In this document: in pieces, positions 13,174 to 24,667 of the stretch
How the letters are laid out: the number at the start of each line of letters is the position of its first letter
Numbering within the stretch: position 1 is the stretch's first letter
Assembly: GCF_036365525.1 (NCBI RefSeq)
Contig: NC_090413.1
Location: 20,072,151-20,136,150, forward strand
Length of the DNA: 64,000 bases
Origin: Heterodontus francisci
Taxonomy: Eukaryota
Reading direction: 5' to 3'
Notes under the pieces: model-generated
What the model was told of the DNA's origin: nothing
The model's input: the letters and a program-made list of their open reading frames with translations, nothing else
Database searches by the model: none
Program-made: the position numbers and the translations under genes

Positions 13174-13251
13174 CTTGTGTTGGGCACTGGGTTCCTCAGT
13201 GTCAGATTTTTGCAGAGTCTCATAAACGTCAGCACTTGGATGTGAGCACAC
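13174..13251 (-). CDS. IgSF receptor cytoplasmic exon 2 (VCSHPSADVYETLQKSDTEEPSAQHK)
   Basis: tttttctccctttaag| acceptor, AAG|gtaact donor, 78 nt, phase 0-0, VYETL motif. Confidence 0.75.
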
Positions 13252-13823
13252 CTTAAAGGGAGAAAAACATAACCACACGGGAATCATTCGGAAGCAGGGC
13301 CTTGACATGGGTTACAATTCAGTCCGATGTAACTACATCGTTTTCCCTGCCTTTCCTCATCCTGTCCATTCCAAAATTCACATTAGTTCCTCTTCACTGG
13401 CAGGAAGGCTTGTATGGGCTTAATTCCATGGGGTTGGAGAGGGTGATTAGTCCCTCTCACAATGGGCAACAGGTAGCCTCAAGACTCAGCCCCCATCCAA
13501 AAACAAGAAGAAAACTTGAGCTGTGTTAAATGCAGTGCACCATGACAGTGACCTCAGGGTCACAGAGGGATGAAAGCTCATCCCTAATCTCAACAATGGA
13601 AACACTGACTGCTACTGGGCACGAGACTGCAGCTCAATGGACCAAACACAGCTCCCCCAACACATCAGTGCGTAACTGCATCAGAGATGTACAGATCAAG
13701 AAGTTTGCAGGCTCTATCCCCAGTCTGTTCTGCCTCAGCTGATTCCAGTCCAGATGGCAGTAGGGAGGCTCCAGCATTCCTGGGCTAAATAAAACCACAG
13801 AAAAAAATCAGATCTTGATCACA

Positions 13824-14173
13824 AAGGCGGTGCAGCGGTTAGCACCGCAGCCTCACAGCTCCAGCGACCCAGGTTCAATTCTGGGTACTGCCTGTGTGGA
13901 GTTTTCAAGTTTTCCCTGTGTCTGCGTGGGTTTCCTCCGGGTGCTCTGGTTTCCTCTCACATGCCAAAGACTTGCAGGTTGATAGGTTAATTGGCCATTA
14001 TAAATTGCCCCTAGTATAGGTAGGTGGTAGGGAAATATAGGGACAGGTGGGGATGTGGTAGGGATATGGGATTAGTGTAGGATTAGTATAAATGGGTGGT
14101 TGATGGTCGGCACAGACTCGGTGGGCCGAAGGGTCTGTTTCAGTGCTGTATCTCTAAACTAAACTAAACTAAA
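13824..14173 (+). mobile_element. HE1-type V-SINE (tRNA-derived head, V-domain core, CR1-like tail, (CTAAA)n end)
   Basis: A/B-box-like head, core gtctgcgtgggtttcctccgggtgctc.ggtttcct, tail gggccgaaggg.ctgtttc.gtgctgtatctct. Confidence 0.85.
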
Positions 14174-15060
14174 CAATCAAATGACTCGTTCGGGAAAACG
14201 ACTCTGTGTGGACAGCGAGTGATTCCAAGATCACTTGTATCTGTGATTTTCCCCCCACAACAACTTGCATTTATATAGCGCCTTTAACATAGTGAACCTC
14301 CCCAAGGCCTGTCACAGGAACGTTAACAAACAAAATTTGACACGAGCCAGATAAAGAGATAATAGGACAGGTGACCAAAAGCTTGGTCAAAGAGGTGGAT
14401 TTTAAGGAAGGTGTTAGAGGAGGAGAGAGAGGTGGAGGGATTTAGGGAGGGAATTCCAGAACTTAGGGCTTAGGCGGCTAAAGGCACGGCTGTCAATGGT
14501 GGAGTGATTAAAATCGAGGATGTAGAAGAGGCCAGAAGTGGAGGAACACAGAGGTCTTGGAGGGTTGTAGGGCTGGAGGAGATTACAGAGATAGAGAGGG
14601 CAAGGCCATGGTGGGATTTGAAAACAAGGTTGAGAATTTTGAAATTGAGGTGTTGTCAAACCATGGTCAAACAACCTCTAACACTCACTGTCTTGTTTAT
14701 CATGTGAAGAGTGGCCACTCGGTTGAGGTACCAGGGTGACCAGCGCTATGCAACTGCGCCTCAGCAATAGTCGATGGGTTTGGGAAGGACAGGGAGAAAA
14801 TGGAGGAAAACACCCAGTAAAGCCACTACGACAGCAGCTGTGTGTGACCTCAGCAGAGCTAGAATTTGGCAGCAAGGAGAATGAAGTCAATGCAGTTTTC
14901 TTCATGGAATGGGTCTTCACCATGTTGGTCCCAGGATTGTAGCACAGAGAATTAGAGGGCCTATTAACAGAATGTCACTGATTGCTTCTAAGATCTGGAA
15001 ATCCCGGGGTCAGTATTTCTCTCTCAAACCCATACACACAACTCTCACATTCACACTCAC

Positions 15061-15114
15061 CATGTAAACTGGCTCCTCCTCCTGTTGGCCTGTCGCTCTG
15101 CACTTTCTGACAAG
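15061..15114 (-). CDS. IgSF receptor cytoplasmic exon 1 (LVRKCRATGQQEEEPVYM)
   Basis: Pyrimidine-rich ...tttcag| acceptor, ATG|gtgagt donor, 54 nt; basic stop-transfer residues follow the TM segment. Confidence 0.78.
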
Positions 15115-15494
15115 CTGAAAAAGAGGGACAACCGTGATTTATGGATCTGGCTAACCATTGTAAACAAAAGGGTCCAGAGGCTAGAGATACTCAGCAGGTC
15201 AGGTAGCGTCTGCAGAGCAACAGACATCAGCTAGTCGAGGTTTCAGGTCTTAAAGACACTGAGCAAGGATCTGAGGACCTCAAGTGTCTAACAACTGATT
15301 CTGTTTCTGTGCAAGTGTGTTTCCAGCCTCGCTGGTTTCCAATTTCCAGCCCCGGCAGTAATATTGCTTTTCACTGCTCACTGCGTATTTGCTCATGGGA
15401 TTTCGAGAAAAAGGTGCAGTTACTTCAGAAGGTTGACAGTAGGCTCCGATCAGGGGCAAGTGGAGCTCCAAAATACAAGTCAAAAGGTACTTAC

Positions 15495-15580
15495 AGCACA
15501 CGTGATGATGGATGTCACAATGATCAGGAGAAGCATAGCACTGACGCTGATCCCAATGACCATGTCGTTGGCAGTCGCAC
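15495..15580 (-). CDS. IgSF receptor transmembrane exon (GATANDMVIGISVSAMLLLIIVTSIITCA)
   Basis: tttctgttgcag| acceptor in phase 1, uncharged hydrophobic helix, GCT|gtaagt donor in phase 0. Confidence 0.8.
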
Positions 15581-15860
15581 CTGCAACAGAAACAGAAACT
15601 CAGAGGAACTTCTTTACCCAATGTTTGGTTAGAATTTGGAACTTGCCACCACAAAGAGAAGCTGAGGCTAATGACATTGACGCATTTGAGGGGAAGCTAG
15701 ATAAGTACATGAGGGAAAAAGGAATAGAATGTTGTGCTGATAGCGTGAGATGAAGTAGGGCGAGAGGAGGCTCGCGTGCAGCATGAACACTAGCATAGAC
15801 CTGTTGGGTCCAAATGTCTATTTCGGTGCTATACATTCTGTCATTCTACCCTGTCAGCTG

Positions 15861-16298
15861 TAACTTAGTGGGTAGTACTCTTGCCTCTGAATCAAGTCTC
15901 ACTTCAGGGACCTGAGCACAAAAATCGAGGCTGACACTCCAGTGCTGTACTGAGGGAGTGCTGCACTGTCAGAGGTACCATCCTTTGGATGAGACGTTAA
16001 ACCGAAGCCCCGTTTGCACTCTCAGATGTATATAAAAGATCCCTTGGCACTATTTCGAAGAAGAGCAAGGGAGTTCTCCCCGGTGTCCTGGCCAATATCT
16101 ACCCCTCAGTCAACATCATGAAAACAGATAATGTGGTCATTATTACATTACTGTTTGTGGGAGTTGGCTGTGTGCAAATTGCCTGCCACATTCCCTACTT
16201 TACAACAGTGGCTACACTTCAAAAGTATGCCACGGGCTGTAAAGCGCTTTGGGAAGTCCTGAGGTTGTGAAAGGTGCTACATAAATGCAAGTCTTTCC
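15861..16298 (+). mobile_element. SacSINE1/Deu-domain SINE, near full length (another copy at ~39695-40135)
   Basis: tRNA-like head, Deu core (gagggagtgctgcactgtc...gatgagacgttaaaccga), L2-like tail. Confidence 0.8.
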
Positions 16299-17450
16299 TC
16301 CATTCTTTTCTATTCTATGTATTAGAAATTACATACAGCACAGGAACAGGCCATTTGGCCCAACTGCTCCATGCCAGTGTTTACGCTCCACACGAGCCTC
16401 CTCCCATCCCTTTTCATCTCACCCCATCAACTTTACTTACTGCGCTTTACAGAATTACCAGCTCATTTCTTAAACCAATTTGCTCCTCTCTTCTCCTGGA
16501 AGCACTGATGTGTGTTGGATTGCCATGGGTACCAGGTAGCCTGCATTACCTTTCAGGTGTAACCAGGGAGGGGGGTGGTTTTAGCTGGGCCTAATTCTGC
16601 CCTCAGTCACCATTCAGACTTTCCTGTCGAATCTGAGAGACAGATAACCCAGAGATCCACAGCCTGCGGGACGGGAGCCCAGAGATTCAGTGATCCATGC
16701 TGGTAAATCAGAAAATCATACAGAACAGAAGGAGGCCATTCACCCCATCATGCCTGTGCCAGCTCATTGAGTTATTCAATTAATGGCTCTGGCCTGCTTT
16801 CTCCTCATAGCCCTGAAAACGTCTCGTTTTGCAGTATTTGTTTGAATTTGCCTCCACCAGCCTCTCAGGCCACTCATTCCCGATCACACCAACTTGCTGC
16901 ATATAAAGAATTCTCCTCATCTCTCCCTCTGGTTCTTTTGCAGATTATCTTAAACCTGCGTCCTCTGGTTACTGAAATTTCTGCCGTTGGAAACAGTTTC
17001 TCCTTACTTACTCCATCAAAACCCACTCACAATTTGAATGTCCTCATTAGATCTCGCCTTAACCTTAAGCATCCGTTTGCTCACACGTTGGATGAGGGCT
17101 ACGTTGAGTTTGATTTTGGAATTGTTGGCCCTTCGTTGTTGGAACTGCCCGCCCATCATGATAACTGATCCTTGGGCGAGGACTGAGGTACTAGAGTGTC
17201 CAGCATGCATGGAACTGTTATCCAGCAAATAAATAAGGACTTTTAAGAGGAGAAACGTGAAAAGAAAAAAGGAACAAAGAAAAAAATTGTGGGCTTTGGG
17301 GGAAGAGCAGGGGAGGGAACAAATTCAGAGAGTCAGAACAATCATGATGGGCAAAATGGCCTCTTTCTATGCTATAGGATTCTATTATTCTATGAAAACC
17401 TCGAAATGTCTTTGGTACAAAGCTAAGATACAAACTGAATGTCATGTTGC

Positions 17451-17714
17451 CAATCACAGTGACCACCACTGTCGTGTTTCCCATTCCCAGCTTGTTCACT
17501 GCGGAGCAGACGTAGGTCCCCTGGTCACTGAATGAGGCATTCTCCACCTTGATCGTCAGACGATTTGTTGTCTCCGTTCGCAAAACTGCTCCGTTGAGGC
17601 GCCAAGACATTAGGGCTGTAGGGTTGCTATTGGCCATGCATGATAGATTGAACGGGTCACCTTTCTTCTTCACAGTATCTTTCCCCGGTTGCACCCTGAG
17701 ATCTACAGGTCCAT
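17451..17714 (-). CDS. IgSF receptor Ig domain 3 (C2/I-set)
   Basis: (Y)GPVDLRV...FNLSCMANSNP..SWRLNG...LTI.VENASFSDQGTYVCSAVNKLG has the canonical C-W-DxGxYxC pattern; acceptor ctaacag|; donor ambiguous (GC at 17450 or GT at 17435). Confidence 0.85.
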
Positions 17715-18616
17715 CTGTTAGAAAAGAGCATCGTAGTAAAACGTAGACAAAACTCATAATAAACCCCCATCTCCAAATTAAATCTTTTGTAAAACAATGG
17801 ATATAAATAACATACTCTGACCTAGTGACAGAATCATTGTCATGCATGTTACTGAGCCAAAAAAGACCAGCAGGTTCTAGTCTGCCTGACACCTGCTCGG
17901 TGTTGAGTTAGCCAATCCCAGCTAGGGCAGCGGTAAGGGTGCTGGAATCGGCCTGGGTGCCCCTTAGCTAGGAAAAGGAAAAATCAGCCAAGGCTCCTGG
18001 TTATTTTCCAGCAATCCCTGCTGCCAAAGTGCATGTATGTGGACAAGAGAGGATCAGTCTTGGCTATGGTTGGCTCTGACTGTTGGTTAGCCTGCTAATG
18101 CTCACTGTCCACGTTCACAGGTAAAGACTGGCCACTCGGGCAGGATCACAGATTATTATTAGCACAGAATGAGGCTATTCGGCCCATCTTGCCTGTGCCG
18201 GCTATTTGGTAGAGCTATCCAAATAGTCCCACTCCCCTGCACCTTCACCATATCCCTGCAAATTTCTTCTATTTTTTATTTTTGCATGGGATTTGGGCAT
18301 CGCTGCCAAGGCCATCATTTATTGCCCATCCTTAACTGCCTTTGGAAAGGTGGCAGTGAGACACCTTCTTGAACCAATGCAGCCCATGTGGTATTGGTAC
18401 ACTTACAGTGCTGTTAGGTTTCAAGTTATATCCAATTCCCCTTTGAAAGTTAATATTGAATCTGCTTCCATCGCTTTGGCGCAATCCAGATTACAACAAC
18501 TCTCTGTGGTAAAAAGACATTAGGAAATACTTGGTGCATGTCCAGGTCTTGCCCAGCAAGATTCAGCACCTTCATGGAAGGACGAAGAATAATTTGTCTG
18601 GCTGTGCAGTACTTAC

Positions 18617-18886
18617 ATAAAACTTGGAGCTTTAGAGACCTCGATGTTTTCATAGTTTTGTGAGTGATCCAGCAAGTAATTATTTTACCATGGTCGTTTA
18701 CTCGTGGTACAAGCGCAATCGTGGACGTAGCTCCGAAGGTTCCATCTCTGTGAACAGTGAAAGATAACAGAGCTTTTTCTTGTAGCTTCTTCTTGTCTTT
18801 CAGCCAATCCACTGCAATGTGTTTTGGATAAAATCCGATCGCTTTCAAGCGTAGAATCGCAGATTTGTTCACCTGCAGTTGAGGCA
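18617..18886 (-). CDS. IgSF receptor Ig domain 2 (C1-set-like)
   Basis: A.GFYP..I.V.W.K...DGTF...S.I......D....TC.ITH; acceptor tttttctacaag|, donor T|gtaagt, 270 nt, phase 1-1. Confidence 0.85.
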
Positions 18887-20932
18887 CTTGTAGAAAAATC
18901 TTAGAAATTGGTACAGCTTAAAGAACAAAAGAGAAAAGAATTAAAATACTTTGCTACAACAGGAGGAATAATGAAGTCAGACTTGTGAAGTACATACATA
19001 TGAACACAAGAACTGAGAGCAGGAGTAGGCCATTCGGCCCCTCGAGCCTACTCTGCCATTCTATAAGATTGTGACTGATTTGTTTGAGGACTCTACTCCA
19101 CTTTCCTGCCTACCCCTGATACCCTTTGACTCCCTTGTTTGTCAAGAATCTGTCTACTGCTGCCTTAAAAACATTCAAAGACCCTGCCTCCACCACTCGC
19201 TCTAGATGTGGTCTCACCAATGCCCTGTACAACTGTAGCAAAACATCCCTACTTTTATATTCCATTCTCCTTGCAATAAACAATTACATTACATTTGCCC
19301 TCTTAATCACTTGCTGTACCAGCATACTAACTTTTTGTGTTTTGTGTACTAGGACACCCTCTGCATCTCAGCTCATATTTGTAATTAATTAGGTACATGG
19401 TTTTTATTTAAGTACATTGGTACCTTAAAGTTGAGAATGTATATTTGTTCTTGTGTCATATCAGTTGTTCTTCACTCTCATCCCGTCCCTTACTGAAGGT
19501 ACTAGCTCATGCCAGGTGTTGGTATGAGGATTGGCATGCCAATCTGGCCCCTCACCCAAACAGTCATACGAATGCCTAGACACTGAGTTTCTTCAAGTAT
19601 TCAACCACAGCCATGCCAACTGTGTCCTCACAAGCAGGTGAACACACAAACAGTCCTGCGGAAGTTGTCGATACCAACCAACAACAACTTACATTTATAT
19701 AGTGCCTTTAACATTATTAAATGTTCCAAGGTGCTTCACAGGAACGTTATCAAACAAATGTTGACACCGAGCCACATAAGGAGATATTAGGACAGGTGAC
19801 CAAAAGCTTGGTCAAAGAAAGAAGTTTTAAGAAGTGTCTTAAAGGAGAAAAGAGAGAGTATGGTGGAGAGTTTAGGGAGGGAATTTCAGAGCTTAGGCCC
19901 TAGGCATCTGAAGGCACAGCCAGCAATGGTGGAGCAGTTAAAATCAGGCATCCACGAGAGACCAGAATGGGAGGATTGTCAAGATCTCAGGTTGTAGGGC
20001 TGGACGTGGTTATATAGATAGGAGGGGGTAATCATCAAGAGTCATCTGCCTTTTCTCCTTCCCAGTCAGGGATTCCAAGACCCCGATTGTCCCTGTCTCC
20101 AACTGTTAACAGCTATCTTAGGACAGGCTAGAGATCAAACCCTGGACTTTCCTGGTCTCTATCAGTCAGTTGGCCGCTATGAATTTGCTGAGCTATTGGG
20201 GATCCATTCTCCCATTGTGTCATACATTGTTTTCAACATGGGGAACAGTCAGGTGACTCCCCTCAGGGTGAAAGGACAGTCAGGTGATTCCTGCCCCAGG
20301 ATAAGCCTGCTCAGATACCCTTCCAAAAAACATGAGAGAGACACAATCTCGGCACTTTTCAAATGACAACGAAGCATTTGCGATACTGAATGTTAAACGG
20401 ATCACTCAGGGAGCTGCTGAGAAATGCAGACTAAGAAGGTGCCAGGTTTTATACCTGGCCTGTCTGGGTTAGGGCATCTCAGTCAGGGGTGCTGTAGTTG
20501 GCCTGAGCACTCTGGATCAAGAAGGGGCAAATCAGACAAACTCCAACCGTGATTGCCCTCTGGTGAGGCCTGCTAAAAAGTGTGTGCAGACTTAGGTTGA
20601 AAAATGGATTGGGCTCAACTGCGATGAGCTTCAACATCAAACAGGCCTTCCCAGGGCCATGTGAGTCTCCTCATGGACTCAATGCAGCATCTGATGGGCC
20701 ATTTCCTCAGAGTCATTAAGCAGGAGCCCTGAGGTGTTTCCACTGTGATAAGCATTGACCAAAAACCCTATTCCAGTCAGTGTTCAATGGCCATCAGCCA
20801 TCATTGTAGGATGTTCACTAATATCCAAACACTCTAGGATGTTATTTCCTACTTTGCAAGTCCCTCTCCCATTCAATCGATATCATGGTGGTTCACACTA
20901 TGGGGACCTGATTTCAACAGACCAGCACTCAC

Positions 20933-21319
20933 CATTGATAATCAGCCGTGTTACATCAGGCTCTCTTTTAAATAGAAATCCTTTCATTTTGATTGGTGGG
21001 GCACAGAAATAGAATCCAGCATCAGTCACGAGTAATTCCTTGATGAGGAGCTGGGCAGTATTCAAGGGAAACATCAAATGTGAAGAAAAACGATCACTTT
21101 TCTCAATAACTTGAGCATTCTTTCGGTCGTTCAGATGTTTGTAATATTGCCAGCTCACAATCTGTAGCTCAGCTATCTCCCGCTTGTAGAAATTTGGGCT
21201 CACGTTCGGTGCCAAAGTCGGTTTCAGGTTGAAGTATGTATATTTGCAGGTGATTGTCACATTTTCCTTTATTACACCAGAGATTTTCTTTATAAGTTCT
21301 GCATTGCTGCTACTTTCAC
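20933..21319 (-). CDS. IgSF receptor Ig domain 1 (V-set)
   Basis: NVTITC...RFS....AQLLIKELLVTDAGFYFCA; acceptor ttgttttccag|, donor G|gtgagt, 387 nt, phase 1-1. Confidence 0.88.
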
Positions 21320-21502
21320 CTGGAAAACAATTTGAAATTAACAAGGGAATGTAATGAATTTTTTTTTAAATCACGACTCAAGGCCCATCATCTCATTACA
21401 ACATCAAAATACTGTGGAAGCTGGAAATCTGAAATGTAAACAGAAAATTCTGGAAATACTCAGCAGGTCTGGCATCATCTGTGGAGATGGAAACAGAGTT
21501 AA

Positions 21503-23330
21503 TTGGGTGCAATTTTATGAGTGCCACAGTGTTCCCAACGGCAGGACCGGAAGTTGTCGTAACTTTTGCTTCTGCCGCAAATCCCATTTCACACGCAATT
21601 TTGTATTTAAATTAGTCATGTGGCGATGGGCACCGGGTCTCCTGGGATCATGCAGCAGGGGCGGCCTTTCACTGATGGAACCCACCATCACTGCCCAAGC
21701 ACCATGATCGCCATAGTTATTCTGTGCTTGCAGCCTCAAGGAGCAACAGCCTTCCTTTCATGTAAATATCTTCAGACGAACTTAAATTGAAACTTTTACT
21801 TAAATCAAAATGTTTTTGCCGCCCTTATTTTGTGAAGCTCACCACCAACTTCACACCATTTATTTTCCCTGCAGCCAAAGTGAATCAAATGGCAGGCGGC
21901 AGGCAGCGTCCCGCCCCACCTTTCAGTGATGCCCGCCTGCAGGCTCTCCTCCAGGCCATCAGGGAAAGGCGGGAGCTCCTCTTCCCTGCAGATGGAGTGC
22001 GAGGGCGCTCCCGCCTCACCAAGGCGGCCTGGATGGAGGGAGCAGAGGAGGTCATGGACCGTGGGGTCACTTGTAGAATATGGATGCAGTGCAGCAAGCG
22101 CATCAATGACTTGCTCAGATTGGTGAAGGTACATAGTCCTGGCCAAAGCAGTTCCATTGTTTTCTTCCATGTTTCTGTGTCTTTAAGGCAGAGAGTACTC
22201 AAGGAATGCAACCTTGTGTGTGCAGCTTTGGTGTAATTCACGAAATTATGTTGTGCCAAGATGAAGACTGGCATTTCTTTTAATGTGATTGGATATGTCG
22301 TGCGAAAGCCAATGCAGAATGTGTGATGTTCATGCATGTATGCAATGGTTGTGGTGCATCATTTACCATGTCGTTAAATCTGCACTGTCTGCCGTAGGAT
22401 AAATGAAGCCAGTGTGAGCGTGCTAGAACAGGAAGAGGGGACCTTTACATAAGACTGCAGACCACAACTGAGGAGGAGGCGTCAGAGATCACGAGAGAGG
22501 AGGGAGGCAGGGCAAGCGAGATGATGAGGCAGGAGCCTGAAGGCGTAAGGATGAAGTGTCATCTCCACTCTTGCAGCCATATATGGAAACTGAAGGAAAT
22601 TGTGTGAACTCATTTGAAGCACACGCTTTAAGTGCCTCTGTTTGTGTCTCCATTGTAGGCGCCCGCACTCGAGTCGCAGAACGCCGCGTGGCCCAAAACC
22701 CCTCCTCTGTGGAGGAAGAAGACAATGCTCCAGAGGGTGCACCATCACCTGCCTCTTCTTCCATCTCCGCCAGCATAGATCCATCCACACAGTCCGCGGG
22801 GGGTTTAGATTAGAATCAGACTCACAAGCTGGTGTGCACAACACGGACACGTCCCAGCAGCTGAGGGAGCGTGTGCCAGCCTGACAATGGGAGGACTGCT
22901 GGGGACCAGGCTCCTGCTCAGCCCCACGCACATGATGATCCTCTGTTTGTTGCTACGAGAAGTCTGCTGGATGTGCAGCAAAGCCATGTGGAAATATATG
23001 CCGGAAATGCCTGAGGTCATGCGTGGCTTTGTGCGTGCTTGGAGGAATCCATGCAAGCCATGACGTCTGCCATGTCCCAGGCATTTGAGCATGTGGCTTC
23101 ATCGGTCGAGGGTTTGGCGAGCTCTGTGGCAAGTGTGGTTGAGCAGTCGAGCCTTGTGCGATCTGACCTGCACTCCATCACTGTTGCCATGGGCTCCATG
23201 CAGCAGAGTCTAAGCAAGAGGGAGACAAGGAACCTGGATCTCCGTCTAGGTGCTCCTTCCCCTCAGAGAGATAAGCAAGTGATATTGTGCACACAGTTGG
23301 AAGAGGTTAGAAATAGGAATGTTCCCTCTT
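21503..23330 (+). mobile_element. PIF/Harbinger transposon remnant carrying a degenerate Myb/SANT-like gene (exon 1 at 21889-22128)
   Basis: PPFSDARLQALLQAI.ERRELLF...AW...AEEV...G...R.W.QC.KR.NDL is a Myb/SANT-like (NAIF1/MSANTD type) domain ending AAG|gtacat; the next exon, with an ERARTG.GP remnant, contains a stop. Confidence 0.75.
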
Positions 23331-24155
23331 GATTGTACTATTCGCATCCCCTCAGATACTGAAGCAGTCCGTGCTCGCATGTAGCAAAACCTGGACAATA
23401 TTCAGGCTTAGGTTGATAAGTGGCAAGTAACATTCATGCTAGGCAATGACCATCTCCAACAAGAGAGAATCTAACCATATCCGCTAGACGTTCAACAGCA
23501 GTTCAACATCGTTGAACCGTACCCTCCACCATCAACATCCTGAGAGTTGCCATTGACCAGAATCTTCACTGGACCAATGATATAAATACTATGGCTACAA
23601 GAACAGGCTTGGAATTCTGCAGTGAGTAACTCACCTCCTGACTCCCCAAAGCCTGTCCACCATCTAGAAGGCACAAGTCAGGAGTGTGATGCCATACTCT
23701 CCACTTGCCTGGATGGGTGCAGCTCCAAGAACACTCAAGCAGCTCAACACATTCCAGGACAAAGCAGCCTGTTTGATTAGCACCCCATCCAGCACCTTAA
23801 ACTTTCACCCCCTCCAACACTGGCGCATAGTGGCAGCAGTGTGTACCATGTACAAGATGCACTGCAGCAACTCGCTAAGGCTCTTTCAACAGCACCTTCC
23901 AAACCCGCAATCTCTACCACTTAGAAGAATAAGGACAGCGGATGTATGGGAACACCACCACCTGCAAGTTCCCCTCCAAGCCACACACTATCCTGTCTTG
24001 GAAATGTATCATCATTCCTTCACTGTCGCTGGGTCATAATCCTGGAACTCCCTTCCTAACAGCACTGTGGGTGTACCCGCACCACAGGGACTGCTTCTGT
24101 TCAAGGTGGCAGCTCACCACCACCTTCTCAAGGGTAATTAGAGATGTGTATTAAA
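23330..24155 (+). mobile_element. CR1/L2-group non-LTR retrotransposon 3' fragment (same family near 1205, 2350, 61470)
   Basis: ORF 23686-24039 (YSPLAWMGAAP.TL..L...QDKAA.LI...H.R.VAAVC..YKMHC) is a LINE ORF2 C-terminus. Confidence 0.75.
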
Positions 24156-24603
24156 TACTAACCTAAAAAAAGTCTCCAGCTGGTCTTAGCACACACTGCA
24201 TTACCACATCCTCTCCATTTTCTCATAAATCATATCACTGTATAGAAATACTAAAAATCCCCAAAATGCTTAATTGAAATTGGAAGAAACAATTAAAAAA
24301 AGATGCAATTAAACATGCGAGGCTAAATGCAATTTCCCCTTCCTCACAGAGCAGTTGGAGAAATAGTTAAACCCAACACACTTCAGTCTTATTCCTAGAC
24401 TGTCCCACTTCTTAACACACAATAAAATGGCCCGGTGGCTCACTCAGCCAATTAGGCAAATCCATTTAGGAACAAGTCAACAACTGCCCTTTCCTGACTG
24501 TAAATCCAACCAACAGGCTCTCCATTCCCCAAACTCTGCTGACAACTGACTCTTTAATGCAGAGAAAGGCAAAGCGTAAAAAGTCAAAAAGTTAATCTTG
24601 TAC

Positions 24604-24667
24604 CTGCAAAGTAAAGACCAGTGATAGCAAAGTGGCAAACCAACACGAAGACAGCTGGAAAATTCAT
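24604..24667 (-). CDS. IgSF receptor leader exon (MNFPAVFVLVCHFAITGLYFA-G)
   Basis: ATG at 24667, hydrophobic signal peptide, G|gtacaa phase-1 donor matching the phase-1 V exon. Confidence 0.75.

Noticed and set aside
13824-13895. tRNA gene
   Set aside because: It is the tRNA-derived head of a V-SINE and continues into the SINE core and tail.
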